Shown here: positions 12,701 to 25,322 of the stretch, piece after piece
How the letters are laid out: each line of letters opens with the position of its first letter
How positions within the stretch are numbered: the stretch's first letter is position 1
Assembly (NCBI GenBank): GCA_964016885.1
Contig: OZ024743.1
Location: forward strand, 133,734,001-133,798,000
Reading direction: 5' to 3'
Length of the DNA: 64,000 nt
Origin: Eledone cirrhosa
Lineage: Eukaryota
The notes under the pieces: generated by a model
Told to the model about the DNA's origin: nothing
The model's input: only the letters and a program-made list of their open reading frames with translations
Databases searched by the model: none
Position numbers and translations under genes: made by a program

Positions 12701-14830
12701 GGTGCTTGGTGCTTGGGGCTTGGTGTTTGGTGCTTGGTGCTTGGTGCTTGGTGTTTGGTGCTTGGTGTTTGGTGTTTGGTGTTTGATGCTTGGTGTTTGG
12801 TGCTTGGTGTTTGGTGCTTGGCGCTTGGGGCTTGGTGTTTGGTGTTTGGTGCTTGGTGCTTGGTGTTTGGTGCTTGGTGCTTGGTGCTGGGTGGTTGGTA
12901 TTTGGTGCTTGGTGCTTGGTGTTTGGTGCTTGGTGCTTGGTGCTTGGTGTTTGGTGTTTGGTGCTTGGTGCTTGGTCTTTGGTGCTTGGTGTTTGGTGTT
13001 TGGTGCTTGGTGCTTTGTGTTTGGTGCTTGGTGATTAGTGTTTGGTGCTTGGTGCTTGGGGTTTGGTGTTTGGTGCTTGGTACTTGGTGTTTGGTGCTTG
13101 GTGTTTGGTGTTTGCTGTTTGGTGTTTGGTGTTTGGTGTTTGCTGTATGGTGTTTGCTGTTTCGTGTTTGGTGTTTGCTGTTTGGTGTTTGGTGTTTGCT
13201 GTTTGGTGTTTGGTCTTTGGTGCTTGGTGTTTGGTGCTTGGTGCTTGATGTTTGGTGTTTGGTGCTTGGTGCTTGGTGCTTGGTGTTTGGTGTTTGGTGT
13301 TTGGTGCTTGGTGTCTGGTGCTTGGTGTTTGGTGTTTGGTGTTTGGTGCTTGGTGTTTGGTGTTTGGTGTTTGGTGTTTGGTGCTTGTTGCTTGGTACTT
13401 GGTGCTTGGTGTTTGGTGCTTGGTGCTTGGTGTTTGGTGCTGGGTGCTTGGTGTTTGGTGCTTGGTGCTTGGTGCTTGGTGTTTGGGGTTTGGTGCTTGG
13501 TGCTTGTTGCTTGGTGTTTGGTGTTTGGTGCTTGGTGTTTTATGCTTGGTGTTTGATGTTTGGTGCTTGGTGCTTGGTGTTTGGTCCTTGGTGCTTGGTG
13601 TTTGTACTTGGTGCTTGGTGCTTGGTTCTTGGTGCTTGGTGCTTGGTGCTTGGTGCTTGGTGTTTGGTGCTTGGTGTTTGGTGCTTGGTGTTTGGTGCTT
13701 GGTGCCTGGTGCTTGGTGCTTGGTGTTTGGTGTTTGGTGCTTGGTGTTTGGTGCTTAGTGCTTGGTGTTTGGTGTTTGGTGCTTGGTGCCTGGTGCTTGT
13801 TGTTTTGTGTTTGGTGCTTGGTGCTTAATGTTTGGTGTTTGGTGCTTGGTGTCTGGTGTTTGGTTCTTGGTGTTTGGTGTTTGGTGCTTGGTGCTTGGTG
13901 TTTGGTGTTTGGTGCTTGGTGCTTGGTGTTTGGTGTTTGGTGCTTGGTGTTTGGTGTTTGGTGTTTGGTGTTTGATGCTTGGAGTTTGATGCTTGGTGCT
14001 TGGTGTTTGGTGCTTGGTGCTTGGTGTTTGTACTTGGTGCTTGGTGCTTGGTGTTTGGTGCTTGGTTCTTGGTGTTTGGTGCTTGGTGTTTGGTGCTTGG
14101 TGCTTGGTGTTTGGTGTTTGGTGCTTGGTGTTTGGTGCTTGGTGCTTGGTGGTTGGTGTTTGGTGCTTGGTGCCTGGTGCATGGTGTTTGGTGCTTGATG
14201 CTTGGTGTTTGGTGTTTGGTGCTTGGTGTTTGGTGATTGGTGCTTGGTGCTTGGTGCTTGGTGCTTGGTGTTTGGTGTTTGGTGCTTGCTGCTTGCTGCT
14301 TGGTGTTTGGTGCCTGGTGATTGGTGCTTGGTGTTTGGTGCTTGGTATTAGGTGTTTGGTGCTTGGTGCTTGGTGTTTGGTGTTTGGTGCTTGGTGTTTG
14401 GTGCTTGGTGCTTGGTGTTTGGTGTTTGGTGCTTGGTGTTTGGTGCTTGGTACTTGGTGCTTGGTGCTTGGTGTTAGGTGTTTGGTGCTTGGTGCTTGGT
14501 GTTTGGTTTTTGGTGCTTGGTGCTTGGTGTTTGGTGTTTGGTGCTTGCTGCTGGCTGCTTGGTGTTTGGTGCTTGGTGATTGGTGCTTGGTGCTTGGTGT
14601 TTGGTGCTTGGTGCTTGGTGTTTGGTGTTTGGTGCTTGGTGCTTGGTGCTTGGTGTTTGGTGCTTGGTGCTGGGTGCTGGGTGGTTGGTGTTTGGTGTTT
14701 GGTGTTTGGTGCTGGGTGCTTGGTGTTTGGTGCTTGGTGCTTGGTCTTTGGTCTTTGGTGTTTGGTGTTTGGTGCTTGGTACTTGGTGCTTGGTGTTTGG
14801 TGCTTGGTGCTTGGTGTTTGGTGCTTGGTG
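8140..14830. repeat. Higher-order tandem duplication, period 3348/3327/3334 bp (2 copies), overlapping the 4012-bp duplication
   Basis: ORF offsets are +3348 (8206/11554, 9330/12678), then +3327 (10233/13560, 10652/13979). The GGTAC marker at 11446/14780 gives +3334. The shifts are -21 and +7 bp, i.e. whole monomers. Confidence 0.93.
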
Positions 14831-17800
14831 CTTAGTGTTTGGTGCTAGGTGCTTGGGGTTTGGTGTTTGGTGCTTGGTGCTTGGTGTTTGGTGCTTGGTG
14901 CTTGGTGTTTGGTGTTTGGAGCTTGGTGCTTGGTGTTTGGTGTTTGGTGTTTGCTGTTTGGTGTTTGGTGTTTGGTGTTTGCTGTTTGGTGTCTGCTTTT
15001 TGGTGTTTGGTGTTGGCTGTATGTTATTTGCTGTTTGGTGTTTGGCGTTTGGTGTTTGGTTCTTGGTGCTTGGTGTTTGGTGTTTGGTGCTTGGTGCTTG
15101 GAGTTTGGTGTTTGGTGCTTGGTGCTTGGTGTTTTGTGTTTGGTGTTTGGTTTTTGGTGCTTGGTGCTTGGTGCTTGTTGCTTGGTCCTTGGTGTTTGGT
15201 GCTTGGTGCTTGGTGTTTGTACTTGGTGCTTGGTGCTTGGTGTTTGGTTCTTGGTTCTTGGTGTTTGGTACTTGGTGCTTGGTGCTTGGTGCTTGGTGTT
15301 TGGTGTTTGGTGCTTGGTGTTTGGTGCCTGGTGCTTGGTGCTTGGTGTTAGGTGTTTGGTGCTTGGTGCTTGGTGTTTGGTGCTTGGTGTTTGGTGTTTG
15401 CTGTTTGGTGTTTGGTGTTTGGTGTTTGGTGTTTGCTGTTTGGTGTCTGCTTTTTGGTGTTTGGTGTTTGCTGTATGGTGTTTGCTGTTTCGTGTTTGGT
15501 GTTTGCTGTTTGGTGTTTGGTGTTTGCTGTTTGGTGTTTGGTCTTTGGTGCTTGGTGTTTGGTGCTTGGTGCTTGGTGTTTGGTGTTTGGTGCTTGGTGC
15601 TTGGTGCTTCGTGTTTGGTGTTTGGTGCTTGGTGTCTGGAGCTTGGTGTTTGGTGTTTGGTGCTTGGTGTTTGGTGTTTGGTGCTTGGTGCTTGGTGTTT
15701 GGTGCTTGGTGTTTGGTGTTTGCTCTTTGCTGTTTGGTGTTTGGTGTTTGCTGTTTGGTGTTTGGTGTTTGGTGTTTGCTGTTTGGTGTTTGTTGTTTGG
15801 TGCTTGGTGTTTGGTGCTTGGTGCTTGGTGTTTGGTGTTTGGTGTTTGGTGCTTGGTGCTTGGGGCTTGGTGTTTGGTGCTTGGTGCTTGGTGCTTGGTG
15901 TTTGGTGTTTGGTGCTTGGTGTTTGGTGCTTGGTGCTTGGTGCTGGGTGTTTGGTGCTTGGTGCTTGGTGTTTGGTGCATGGTGCTTGGTTTTTGGTGTT
16001 TGTCGCTTGATGCTTGGTGCTTGGTGTTTGGTGCTTGGTGTTTGTACTTGGTGCTTGGTGCTTGGTGTTTTGTACTTGGTTCTTGGTGTTTGGTGTTTGG
16101 CGCTTGGTGCTTGGTGTTAGGTGTTTGGTGCTTGGTGCTTGGTGTTTGGTGTTTGGTCCTTGGTGCTTGGTGTTTAGTGCTCGGTGCTTGGTGTTTTTTG
16201 TTTGGTGCTTTCTGCTTGCTGCTTGGTGTTTGGTGCTTGGTGATTGGTGCTTGGTGTTTGGTGCTTGGTGCTTGGTGTTTGGTGTTTGGTGCTAGGTGCT
16301 TGGTGTTTGGTGTTTGGTGTTTGTTGCTTGGTGTTTGGTGCTTGGTACTTGGGGCTTGGTGTTTGGTGCTTGGTGCTTGGTGTTTGGTGTTTGGTGCTTG
16401 GGGCTTGGTGTTTGGTGTTGCGTGCTTGGTGCTTGGTGCTTGGTGCTTGGTGTTTTGTGTTTGGTGTTTGATGCTTGGTGTTTGGTGTTTGGTGTTTGGT
16501 GCTTGGTGTTTGGTGTTTGGTGTTTGGTGCTTGGTGCTTGGTGTTTGATGCTTGGTGCTTGATGCTTGGTGCTTGGTGTTTGGTGCTTGGTGTTTGTACT
16601 TGGTGCTTGGTGCTTGGTGTTTGGTGCTTGGTGTTTGGTGCTTGGTGTTTGGTGTTTGCTGTTTGCTGTTTGCTGTTTGCTGTTTGGTGTTTGCTGTTTG
16701 GTGTTTGCTGTTTGGTGTTTGGTGCTTGCTGTTGGGTGTTTGGTGTTTGGTGCTTGCTGCTTAGTGTTTGGTGTTTGGTGTTTGGTGCTTGGTGCTTGGG
16801 GCTTGGTGTTTGGTGCTTGGTGCTTGGTGCTTGGTGTTTGGTGTTTGGTGCTTGGTGCTTGGTGCTGGGTGTTTGGTGCTTGGTGTTTGGTGCATGGTGC
16901 TTGGTGCTTGGTGTTTGTCGCTTGGTGCTTGGTGCTTGGTGTTTGGTGCTTGGTGCTTGGTGTTTGGTGTTTGGTGCTTGGTGCTTGGTGTTTGGTGTTT
17001 GGTGCTTGGTGTTTGGTGTTTGGTGCTTGGTGCTTGGTGTTTGTTGCTTGGTACTTGGTGCATGGTGTTTGGTACTGTGTGCTTGGTGTTTGGTGCTTGG
17101 TGTTTGGTGCTTGGTGCTTGGTGTTTGGTGTTTGGTGTTTGATGCTTGGTGTTTGATGCTTGGTGCTTGGTGCTTGGTGTTTGGTGCTTGGTGTTTGTAC
17201 TTGGTGTTTGGTGCTTGGTGTTTTGTGCTTGGTTCTTGGTGTTTGGTGTTTGGTGCTTGGTGCTTGGTGCTTGGTGTTAGGTGTTTCGTGCTTGGTGCTT
17301 GGTGTTTGGTGTTTGGTCCTTGGTGCTTGGTGTTTAGTACTTGGTGCTTGGTGTTTGTTGTTTGGTGTTTTCTGCTTGCTGCTTGGTGTTTGGTTCTTGG
17401 TGTTTGGTGCTAGGTGCTTGGTGTTTGGTGTTTGGTGTTTGGTGTTTGAAGCTTGGTGTTTGGTGCTTGGTGTTTGGTGTTTGGTGCTTGGTGCTTGGGG
17501 CTTGGTGTTTGGTGCTTGGTGCTTGGTGCTTGGTGCTTGGTGTTTGCTGCTTGGTGTTTGGTGTTTGGTCTTTGGTGCTTGGTGCTTGGTGTTTGGTGCT
17601 TGGTGCTTGGTGCTGGGTGGTTGGTATTTGGTGCTTGGTGCTTGGTGTTTGGTGCTTGGTGCTTGGTGCTTGGTGTTTAGTGCTTGGTGCTTAGTGCTTG
17701 GTCTTTGGTGCTTGGGGTTTGGTGCTTGGTGCTTGGTGCTTGGTGTTTGTTGCTTGGTGTTTAGTGTTTGGTGCTTGGTGCTTGGGGTTTGGTGTTTGGT

Positions 17801-20800
17801 GCTTGGTACTTGGTGCTTGGTGTTTGTTGCTTGGTGTTTAGTGTTTGGTGCTTGGTGCTTGGGGTTTGGTGTTTGGTGCTTGGTACTTGGTGTTTGGTGC
17901 TTGGTGTTTGGTGTTTGGTGTTTGGTGTTTGGTGTATGCTGTTTGGTGTCTGCTTTTTGGTGTTTGGTGTTTGCTGTATGGTGTTTGCTGTTTGGTGTTT
18001 GGTGTTTGCTGTTTTGTGTTTGGTGTTTGCTGTTTGGTCTATGGTGCTTGGTGTTTGGTGTTTGGTGCTTGGTGTTTGGTGTTTGGTTCTTGGTGCTTGG
18101 TGCTTGGTGTTTGGTGTTTGGTGCTTGGTGTCTGGTGCTTGGTGTTTGGTGTTTGGTGTTTGGTGCTTGGTGTTTGGTGTTTGGTGTTTGGTGCTTGGTG
18201 CTTGGTGTTTGGTGTTTCGTGTTTGGTGTTTGGTGCTTGTTGCTTGGTGCTTGGTGCTTGGTGTTTGGTGCTTGGTGCTTGGTGTTTGGTGCTGGGTGCG
18301 TGGTGTTTGGTGCTTGGTGCTTGGTGCTTGGTGTTTGGTGTTTGGTGCTTGGTGCTTGGTGTTTGGTGTTTGGTGTTATATGCTTGGTGTTTGATGCTTG
18401 GTGCTTGGTGCTTGGTGTTTGGTGCTTGGTGGTTGGTGTTTGTACTTGGTGCTTGGTGCTTGGTTCTTGGTGTTTGGTGCTTGGTGTTTGGTGCTTGGTG
18501 CTTGGTGTTTGGTGCTTGGTGTTTGGTGCTTGGTGTTTGGTGCTTGGTGCCTGGTGCTTGGTGCTTGGTGCTTGGTGTTTGGTGCTTGGTGTTTGGTGCT
18601 TGGTGTTAGGTGTTTGGTGCTTGGTGCTTGGTGTTTGGTGCTTGGCGTTTGGTGCTTGGTGCTTGGTGTTTGGTGTTTGGTGCTTGGTGTTTGGTGCTTG
18701 GTACTTGGTGCTTGGTGCTTGGTGTTAGGTGTCTGGTGCTTGGTGCTTGGTGTTTGGTTTTTGGTGCTTGGTGCTTGGTGTTTGGTGTTTGGTGCTTGCT
18801 GCTGGCTGCTTGGTGTTTGGTGCTTGGTGATTGGTGCTTGGTGTTTGGTGCTTGGTGCTTGGTGCTTGGTGTTTGGTGCTTGGTGCTTGGTGTCTGGTGT
18901 TTGGTGTTTGGTGCTTGGTGCTTGGTGTTTGGTGCTTGGTCTTTGGTGCTTGGTGTTTGGTGCTTGGTGCTTGGTGTTTGGTGCTTGGTGCTTGGTGATT
19001 AGTGTTTGGTGCTTGGTGCTTGTGGTTTGGTGTTTGGTGCTTGGTGCTTGGTGTTTGGTGCTTGGTGCTTGGTGTTTGGTGCTTGGTGTTTGGTTTTTGC
19101 TGTTTGCTGTTTGGTGTTTGGTGTTTGGTGTTTGCTGTTTGCTGTTTGGTATCTGCTTTTTGGTGTTTGGTGTTTGCTGTATGGTGTTTGCTGTTTCGTG
19201 TTTATTGTTTGCTGTTTGGTGTTTGGTGTTTGGTGTTTCCTGTTTGGTCTTTAGTCTTTGGTGCTTGGTGTTTGGTGCTTGGTGCTTGATGTTTGGTGTT
19301 TGGTGCTTGGTGCTTGGTGCTTGGTGTTTGGTGTTTGGTGTTTGGTGCTTGGTGTCTGGTGCTTGGTGTTTGGTGTTTGGTGTTTGGTGCTTGGTGTTTG
19401 GTGTTTGGTGTTTGGTGTTTGGTGCTTGTTGCTTGGTACTTGGTGCTTGGTGTTTGGTGCTTGGTGCTTGGTGTTTGGTGCTGGGTGCTTGGTGTTTGGT
19501 GCTTGGTGCTTGGTGCTTGGTGTTTGGGGTTTGGTGCTTGGTGCTTGTTGCTTGGTGTTTGGTGTTTGGTGCTTGGTGTTTTATGCTTGGTGTTTGATGT
19601 TTGGTGCTTGGTGCTTGGTGTTTGGTCCTTGGTGCTTGGTGTTTGTACTTGGTGCTTGGTGCTTGGTTCTTGGTGCTTGGTGCTTGGTGCTTGGTGCTTG
19701 GTGTTTGGTGCTTGGTGTTTGGTGCTTGGTGTTTGGTGCTTGGTGCCTGGTGCTTGGTGCTTGGTGTTTGGTGTTTGGTGCTTGGTGTTTGGTGCTTAGT
19801 GCTTGGTGTTTGGTGTTTGGTGCTTGGTGCCTGGTGCTTGTTGTTTTGTGTTTGGTGCTTGGTGCTTAATGTTTGGTGTTTGGTGCTTGGTGTCTGGTGT
19901 TTGGTTCTTGGTGTTTGGTGTTTGGTGCTTGGTGCTTGGTGTTTGGTGTTTGGTGCTTGGTGCTTGGTGTTTGGTGTTTGGTGCTTGGTGTTTGGTGTTT
20001 GGTGTTTGGTGTTTGATGCTTGGAGTTTGATGCTTGGTGCTTGGTGTTTGGTGCTTGGTGCTTGGTGTTTGTACTTGGTGCTTGGTGCTTGGTGTTTGGT
20101 GCTTGGTTCTTGGTGTTTGGTGCTTGGTGTTTGGTGCTTGGTGCTTGGTGTTTGGTGTTTGGTGCTTGGTGTTTGGTGCTTGGTGCTTGGTGGTTGGTGT
20201 TTGGTGCTTGGTGCCTGGTGCATGGTGTTTGGTGCTTGATGCTTGGTGTTTGGTGTTTGGTGCTTGGTGTTTGGTGATTGGTGCTTGGTGCTTGGTGCTT
20301 GGTGCTTGGTGTTTGGTGTTTGGTGCTTGCTGCTTGCTGCTTGGTGTTTGGTGCCTGGTGATTGGTGCTTGGTGTTTGGTGCTTGGTATTAGGTGTTTGG
20401 TGCTTGGTGCTTGGTGTTTGGTGTTTGGTGCTTGGTGTTTGGTGCTTGGTGCTTGGTGTTTGGTGTTTGGTGCTTGGTGTTTGGTGCTTGGTACTTGGTG
20501 CTTGGTGCTTGGTGTTAGGTGTTTGGTGCTTGGTGCTTGGTGTTTGGTTTTTGGTGCTTGGTGCTTGGTGTTTGGTGTTTGGTGCTTGCTGCTGGCTGCT
20601 TGGTGTTTGGTGCTTGGTGATTGGTGCTTGGTGCTTGGTGTTTGGTGCTTGGTGCTTGGTGTTTGGTGTTTGGTGCTTGGTGCTTGGTGTTTGGTGCTTG
20701 GTGCTGGGTGCTGGGTGGTTGGTGTTTGGTGTTTGGTGTTTGGTGCTGGGTGCTTGGTGTTTGGTGCTTGGTGCTTGGTCTTTGGTCTTTGGTGTTTGGT

Positions 20801-23800
20801 GTTTGGTGCTTGGTACTTGGTGCTTGGTGTTTGGTGCTTGGTGCTTGGTGTTTGGTGCTTGGTGCTTAGTGTTTGGTGCTAGGTGCTTGGGGTTTGGTGT
20901 TTGGTGCTTGGTGCTTGGTGTTTGGTGCTTGGTGCTTGGTGTTTGGTGTTTGGAGCTTGGTGCTTGGTGTTTGGTGTTTGGTGTTTGCTGTTTGGTGTTT
21001 GGTGTTTGGTGTTTGCTGTTTGGTGTCTGCTTTTTGGTGTTTGGTGTTGGCTGTATGTTATTTGCTGTTTGGTGTTTGGCGTTTGGTGTTTGGTTCTTGG
21101 TGCTTGGTGTTTGGTGTTTGGTGCTTGGTGCTTGGAGTTTGGTGTTTGGTGCTTGGTGCTTGGTGTTTTGTGTTTGGTGTTTGGTTTTTGGTGCTTGGTG
21201 CTTGGTGCTTGTTGCTTGGTCCTTGGTGTTTGGTGCTTGGTGCTTGGTGTTTGTACTTGGTGCTTGGTGCTTGGTGTTTGGTTCTTGGTTCTTGGTGTTT
21301 GGTACTTGGTGCTTGGTGCTTGGTGCTTGGTGTTTGGTGTTTGGTGCTTGGTGTTTGGTGCCTGGTGCTTGGTGCTTGGTGTTAGGTGTTTGGTGCTTGG
21401 TGCTTGGTGTTTGGTGCTTGGTGTTTGGTGTTTGCTGTTTGGTGTTTGGTGTTTGGTGTTTGGTGTTTGCTGTTTGGTGTCTGCTTTTTGGTGTTTGGTG
21501 TTTGCTGTATGGTGTTTGCTGTTTCGTGTTTGGTGTTTGCTGTTTGGTGTTTGGTGTTTGCTGTTTGGTGTTTGGTCTTTGGTGCTTGGTGTTTGGTGCT
21601 TGGTGCTTGGTGTTTGGTGTTTGGTGCTTGGTGCTTGGTGCTTCGTGTTTGGTGTTTGGTGCTTGGTGTCTGGAGCTTGGTGTTTGGTGTTTGGTGCTTG
21701 GTGTTTGGTGTTTGGTGCTTGGTGCTTGGTGTTTGGTGCTTGGTGTTTGGTGTTTGCTCTTTGCTGTTTGGTGTTTGGTGTTTGCTGTTTGGTGTTTGGT
21801 GTTTGGTGTTTGCTGTTTGGTGTTTGTTGTTTGGTGCTTGGTGTTTGGTGCTTGGTGCTTGGTGTTTGGTGTTTGGTGTTTGGTGCTTGGTGCTTGGGGC
21901 TTGGTGTTTGGTGCTTGGTGCTTGGTGCTTGGTGTTTGGTGTTTGGTGCTTGGTGTTTGGTGCTTGGTGCTTGGTGCTGGGTGTTTGGTGCTTGGTGCTT
22001 GGTGTTTGGTGCATGGTGCTTGGTTTTTGGTGTTTGTCGCTTGATGCTTGGTGCTTGGTGTTTGGTGCTTGGTGTTTGTACTTGGTGCTTGGTGCTTGGT
22101 GTTTTGTACTTGGTTCTTGGTGTTTGGTGTTTGGCGCTTGGTGCTTGGTGTTAGGTGTTTGGTGCTTGGTGCTTGGTGTTTGGTGTTTGGTCCTTGGTGC
22201 TTGGTGTTTAGTGCTCGGTGCTTGGTGTTTTTTGTTTGGTGCTTTCTGCTTGCTGCTTGGTGTTTGGTGCTTGGTGATTGGTGCTTGGTGTTTGGTGCTT
22301 GGTGCTTGGTGTTTGGTGTTTGGTGCTAGGTGCTTGGTGTTTGGTGTTTGGTGTTTGTTGCTTGGTGTTTGGTGCTTGGTACTTGGGGCTTGGTGTTTGG
22401 TGCTTGGTGCTTGGTGTTTGGTGTTTGGTGCTTGGGGCTTGGTGTTTGGTGTTGCGTGCTTGGTGCTTGGTGCTTGGTGCTTGGTGTTTTGTGTTTGGTG
22501 TTTGATGCTTGGTGTTTGGTGTTTGGTGTTTGGTGCTTGGTGTTTGGTGTTTGGTGTTTGGTGCTTGGTGCTTGGTGTTTGATGCTTGGTGCTTGATGCT
22601 TGGTGCTTGGTGTTTGGTGCTTGGTGTTTGTACTTGGTGCTTGGTGCTTGGTGTTTGGTGCTTGGTGTTTGGTGCTTGGTGTTTGGTGTTTGCTGTTTGC
22701 TGTTTGCTGTTTGCTGTTTGGTGTTTGCTGTTTGGTGTTTGCTGTTTGGTGTTTGGTGCTTGCTGTTGGGTGTTTGGTGTTTGGTGCTTGCTGCTTAGTG
22801 TTTGGTGTTTGGTGTTTGGTGCTTGGTGCTTGGGGCTTGGTGTTTGGTGCTTGGTGCTTGGTGCTTGGTGTTTGGTGTTTGGTGCTTGGTGCTTGGTGCT
22901 GGGTGTTTGGTGCTTGGTGTTTGGTGCATGGTGCTTGGTGCTTGGTGTTTGTCGCTTGGTGCTTGGTGCTTGGTGTTTGGTGCTTGGTGCTTGGTGTTTG
23001 GTGTTTGGTGCTTGGTGCTTGGTGTTTGGTGTTTGGTGCTTGGTGTTTGGTGTTTGGTGCTTGGTGCTTGGTGTTTGTTGCTTGGTACTTGGTGCATGGT
23101 GTTTGGTACTGTGTGCTTGGTGTTTGGTGCTTGGTGTTTGGTGCTTGGTGCTTGGTGTTTGGTGTTTGGTGTTTGATGCTTGGTGTTTGATGCTTGGTGC
23201 TTGGTGCTTGGTGTTTGGTGCTTGGTGTTTGTACTTGGTGTTTGGTGCTTGGTGTTTTGTGCTTGGTTCTTGGTGTTTGGTGTTTGGTGCTTGGTGCTTG
23301 GTGCTTGGTGTTAGGTGTTTCGTGCTTGGTGCTTGGTGTTTGGTGTTTGGTCCTTGGTGCTTGGTGTTTAGTACTTGGTGCTTGGTGTTTGTTGTTTGGT
23401 GTTTTCTGCTTGCTGCTTGGTGTTTGGTTCTTGGTGTTTGGTGCTAGGTGCTTGGTGTTTGGTGTTTGGTGTTTGGTGTTTGAAGCTTGGTGTTTGGTGC
23501 TTGGTGTTTGGTGTTTGGTGCTTGGTGCTTGGGGCTTGGTGTTTGGTGCTTGGTGCTTGGTGCTTGGTGCTTGGTGTTTGCTGCTTGGTGTTTGGTGTTT
23601 GGTCTTTGGTGCTTGGTGCTTGGTGTTTGGTGCTTGGTGCTTGGTGCTGGGTGGTTGGTATTTGGTGCTTGGTGCTTGGTGTTTGGTGCTTGGTGCTTGG
23701 TGCTTGGTGTTTAGTGCTTGGTGCTTAGTGCTTGGTCTTTGGTGCTTGGGGTTTGGTGCTTGGTGCTTGGTGCTTGGTGTTTGTTGCTTGGTGTTTAGTG

Positions 23801-25322
23801 TTTGGTGCTTGGTGCTTGGGGTTTGGTGTTTGGTGCTTGGTACTTGGTGCTTGGTGTTTGTTGCTTGGTGTTTAGTGTTTGGTGCTTGGTGCTTGGGGTT
23901 TGGTGTTTGGTGCTTGGTACTTGGTGTTTGGTGCTTGGTGTTTGGTGTTTGGTGTTTGGTGTTTGGTGTATGCTGTTTGGTGTCTGCTTTTTGGTGTTTG
24001 GTGTTTGCTGTATGGTGTTTGCTGTTTGGTGTTTGGTGTTTGCTGTTTTGTGTTTGGTGTTTGCTGTTTGGTCTATGGTGCTTGGTGTTTGGTGTTTGGT
24101 GCTTGGTGTTTGGTGTTTGGTTCTTGGTGCTTGGTGCTTGGTGTTTGGTGTTTGGTGCTTGGTGTCTGGTGCTTGGTGTTTGGTGTTTGGTGTTTGGTGC
24201 TTGGTGTTTGGTGTTTGGTGTTTGGTGCTTGGTGCTTGGTGTTTGGTGTTTCGTGTTTGGTGTTTGGTGCTTGTTGCTTGGTGCTTGGTGCTTGGTGTTT
24301 GGTGCTTGGTGCTTGGTGTTTGGTGCTGGGTGCGTGGTGTTTGGTGCTTGGTGCTTGGTGCTTGGTGTTTGGTGTTTGGTGCTTGGTGCTTGGTGTTTGG
24401 TGTTTGGTGTTATATGCTTGGTGTTTGATGCTTGGTGCTTGGTGCTTGGTGTTTGGTGCTTGGTGGTTGGTGTTTGTACTTGGTGCTTGGTGCTTGGTTC
24501 TTGGTGTTTGGTGCTTGGTGTTTGGTGCTTGGTGCTTGGTGTTTGGTGCTTGGTGTTTGGTGCTTGGTGTTTGGTGCTTGGTGCCTGGTGCTTGGTGCTT
24601 GGTGCTTGGTGTTTGGTGCTTGGTGTTTGGTGCTTGGTGTTAGGTGTTTGGTGCTTGGTGCTTGGTGTTTGGTGCTTGGCGTTTGGTGCTTGGTGCTTGG
24701 TGTTTGGTGTTTGGTGCTTGGTGTTTGGTGCTTGGTACTTGGTGCTTGGTGCTTGGTGTTAGGTGTCTGGTGCTTGGTGCTTGGTGTTTGGTTTTTGGTG
24801 CTTGGTGCTTGGTGTTTGGTGTTTGGTGCTTGCTGCTGGCTGCTTGGTGTTTGGTGCTTGGTGATTGGTGCTTGGTGTTTGGTGCTTGGTGCTTGGTGCT
24901 TGGTGTTTGGTGCTTGGTGCTTGGTGTCTGGTGTTTGGTGTTTGGTGCTTGGTGCTTGGTGTTTGGTGCTTGGTCTTTGGTGCTTGGTGTTTGGTGCTTG
25001 GTGCTTGGTGTTTGGTGCTTGGTGCTTGGTGATTAGTGTTTGGTGCTTGGTGCTTGTGGTTTGGTGTTTGGTGCTTGGTGCTTGGTGTTTGGTGCTTGGT
25101 GCTTGGTGTTTGGTGCTTGGTGTTTGGTTTTTGCTGTTTGCTGTTTGGTGTTTGGTGTTTGGTGTTTGCTGTTTGCTGTTTGGTATCTGCTTTTTGGTGT
25201 TTGGTGTTTGCTGTATGGTGTTTGCTGTTTCGTGTTTATTGTTTGCTGTTTGGTGTTTGGTGTTTGGTGTTTCCTGTTTGGTCTTTAGTCTTTGGTGCTT
25301 GGTGTTTGGTGCTTGGTGCTTG
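13213..25322. repeat. Higher-order tandem duplication, period 6041/6034 bp (2 copies)
   Basis: ORF offsets are +6041 (13252/19293, 13560/19601), then +6034 (14839/20873, 17160/23194, 19006/25040). Private variants TTGAAGC (17446/23480) and TTCCTGT (~19237/~25271) occur in both copies. Confidence 0.94.
17733..17890. repeat. Local 77-bp (11-monomer) tandem duplication, also carried at ~23767-23924
   Basis: The string TTGTTGC-TTGGTGT-TTAGTGT...TTGGGGT...TTGGTAC occurs twice, with TTAGTGT at 17761 and 17838. Confidence 0.88.
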
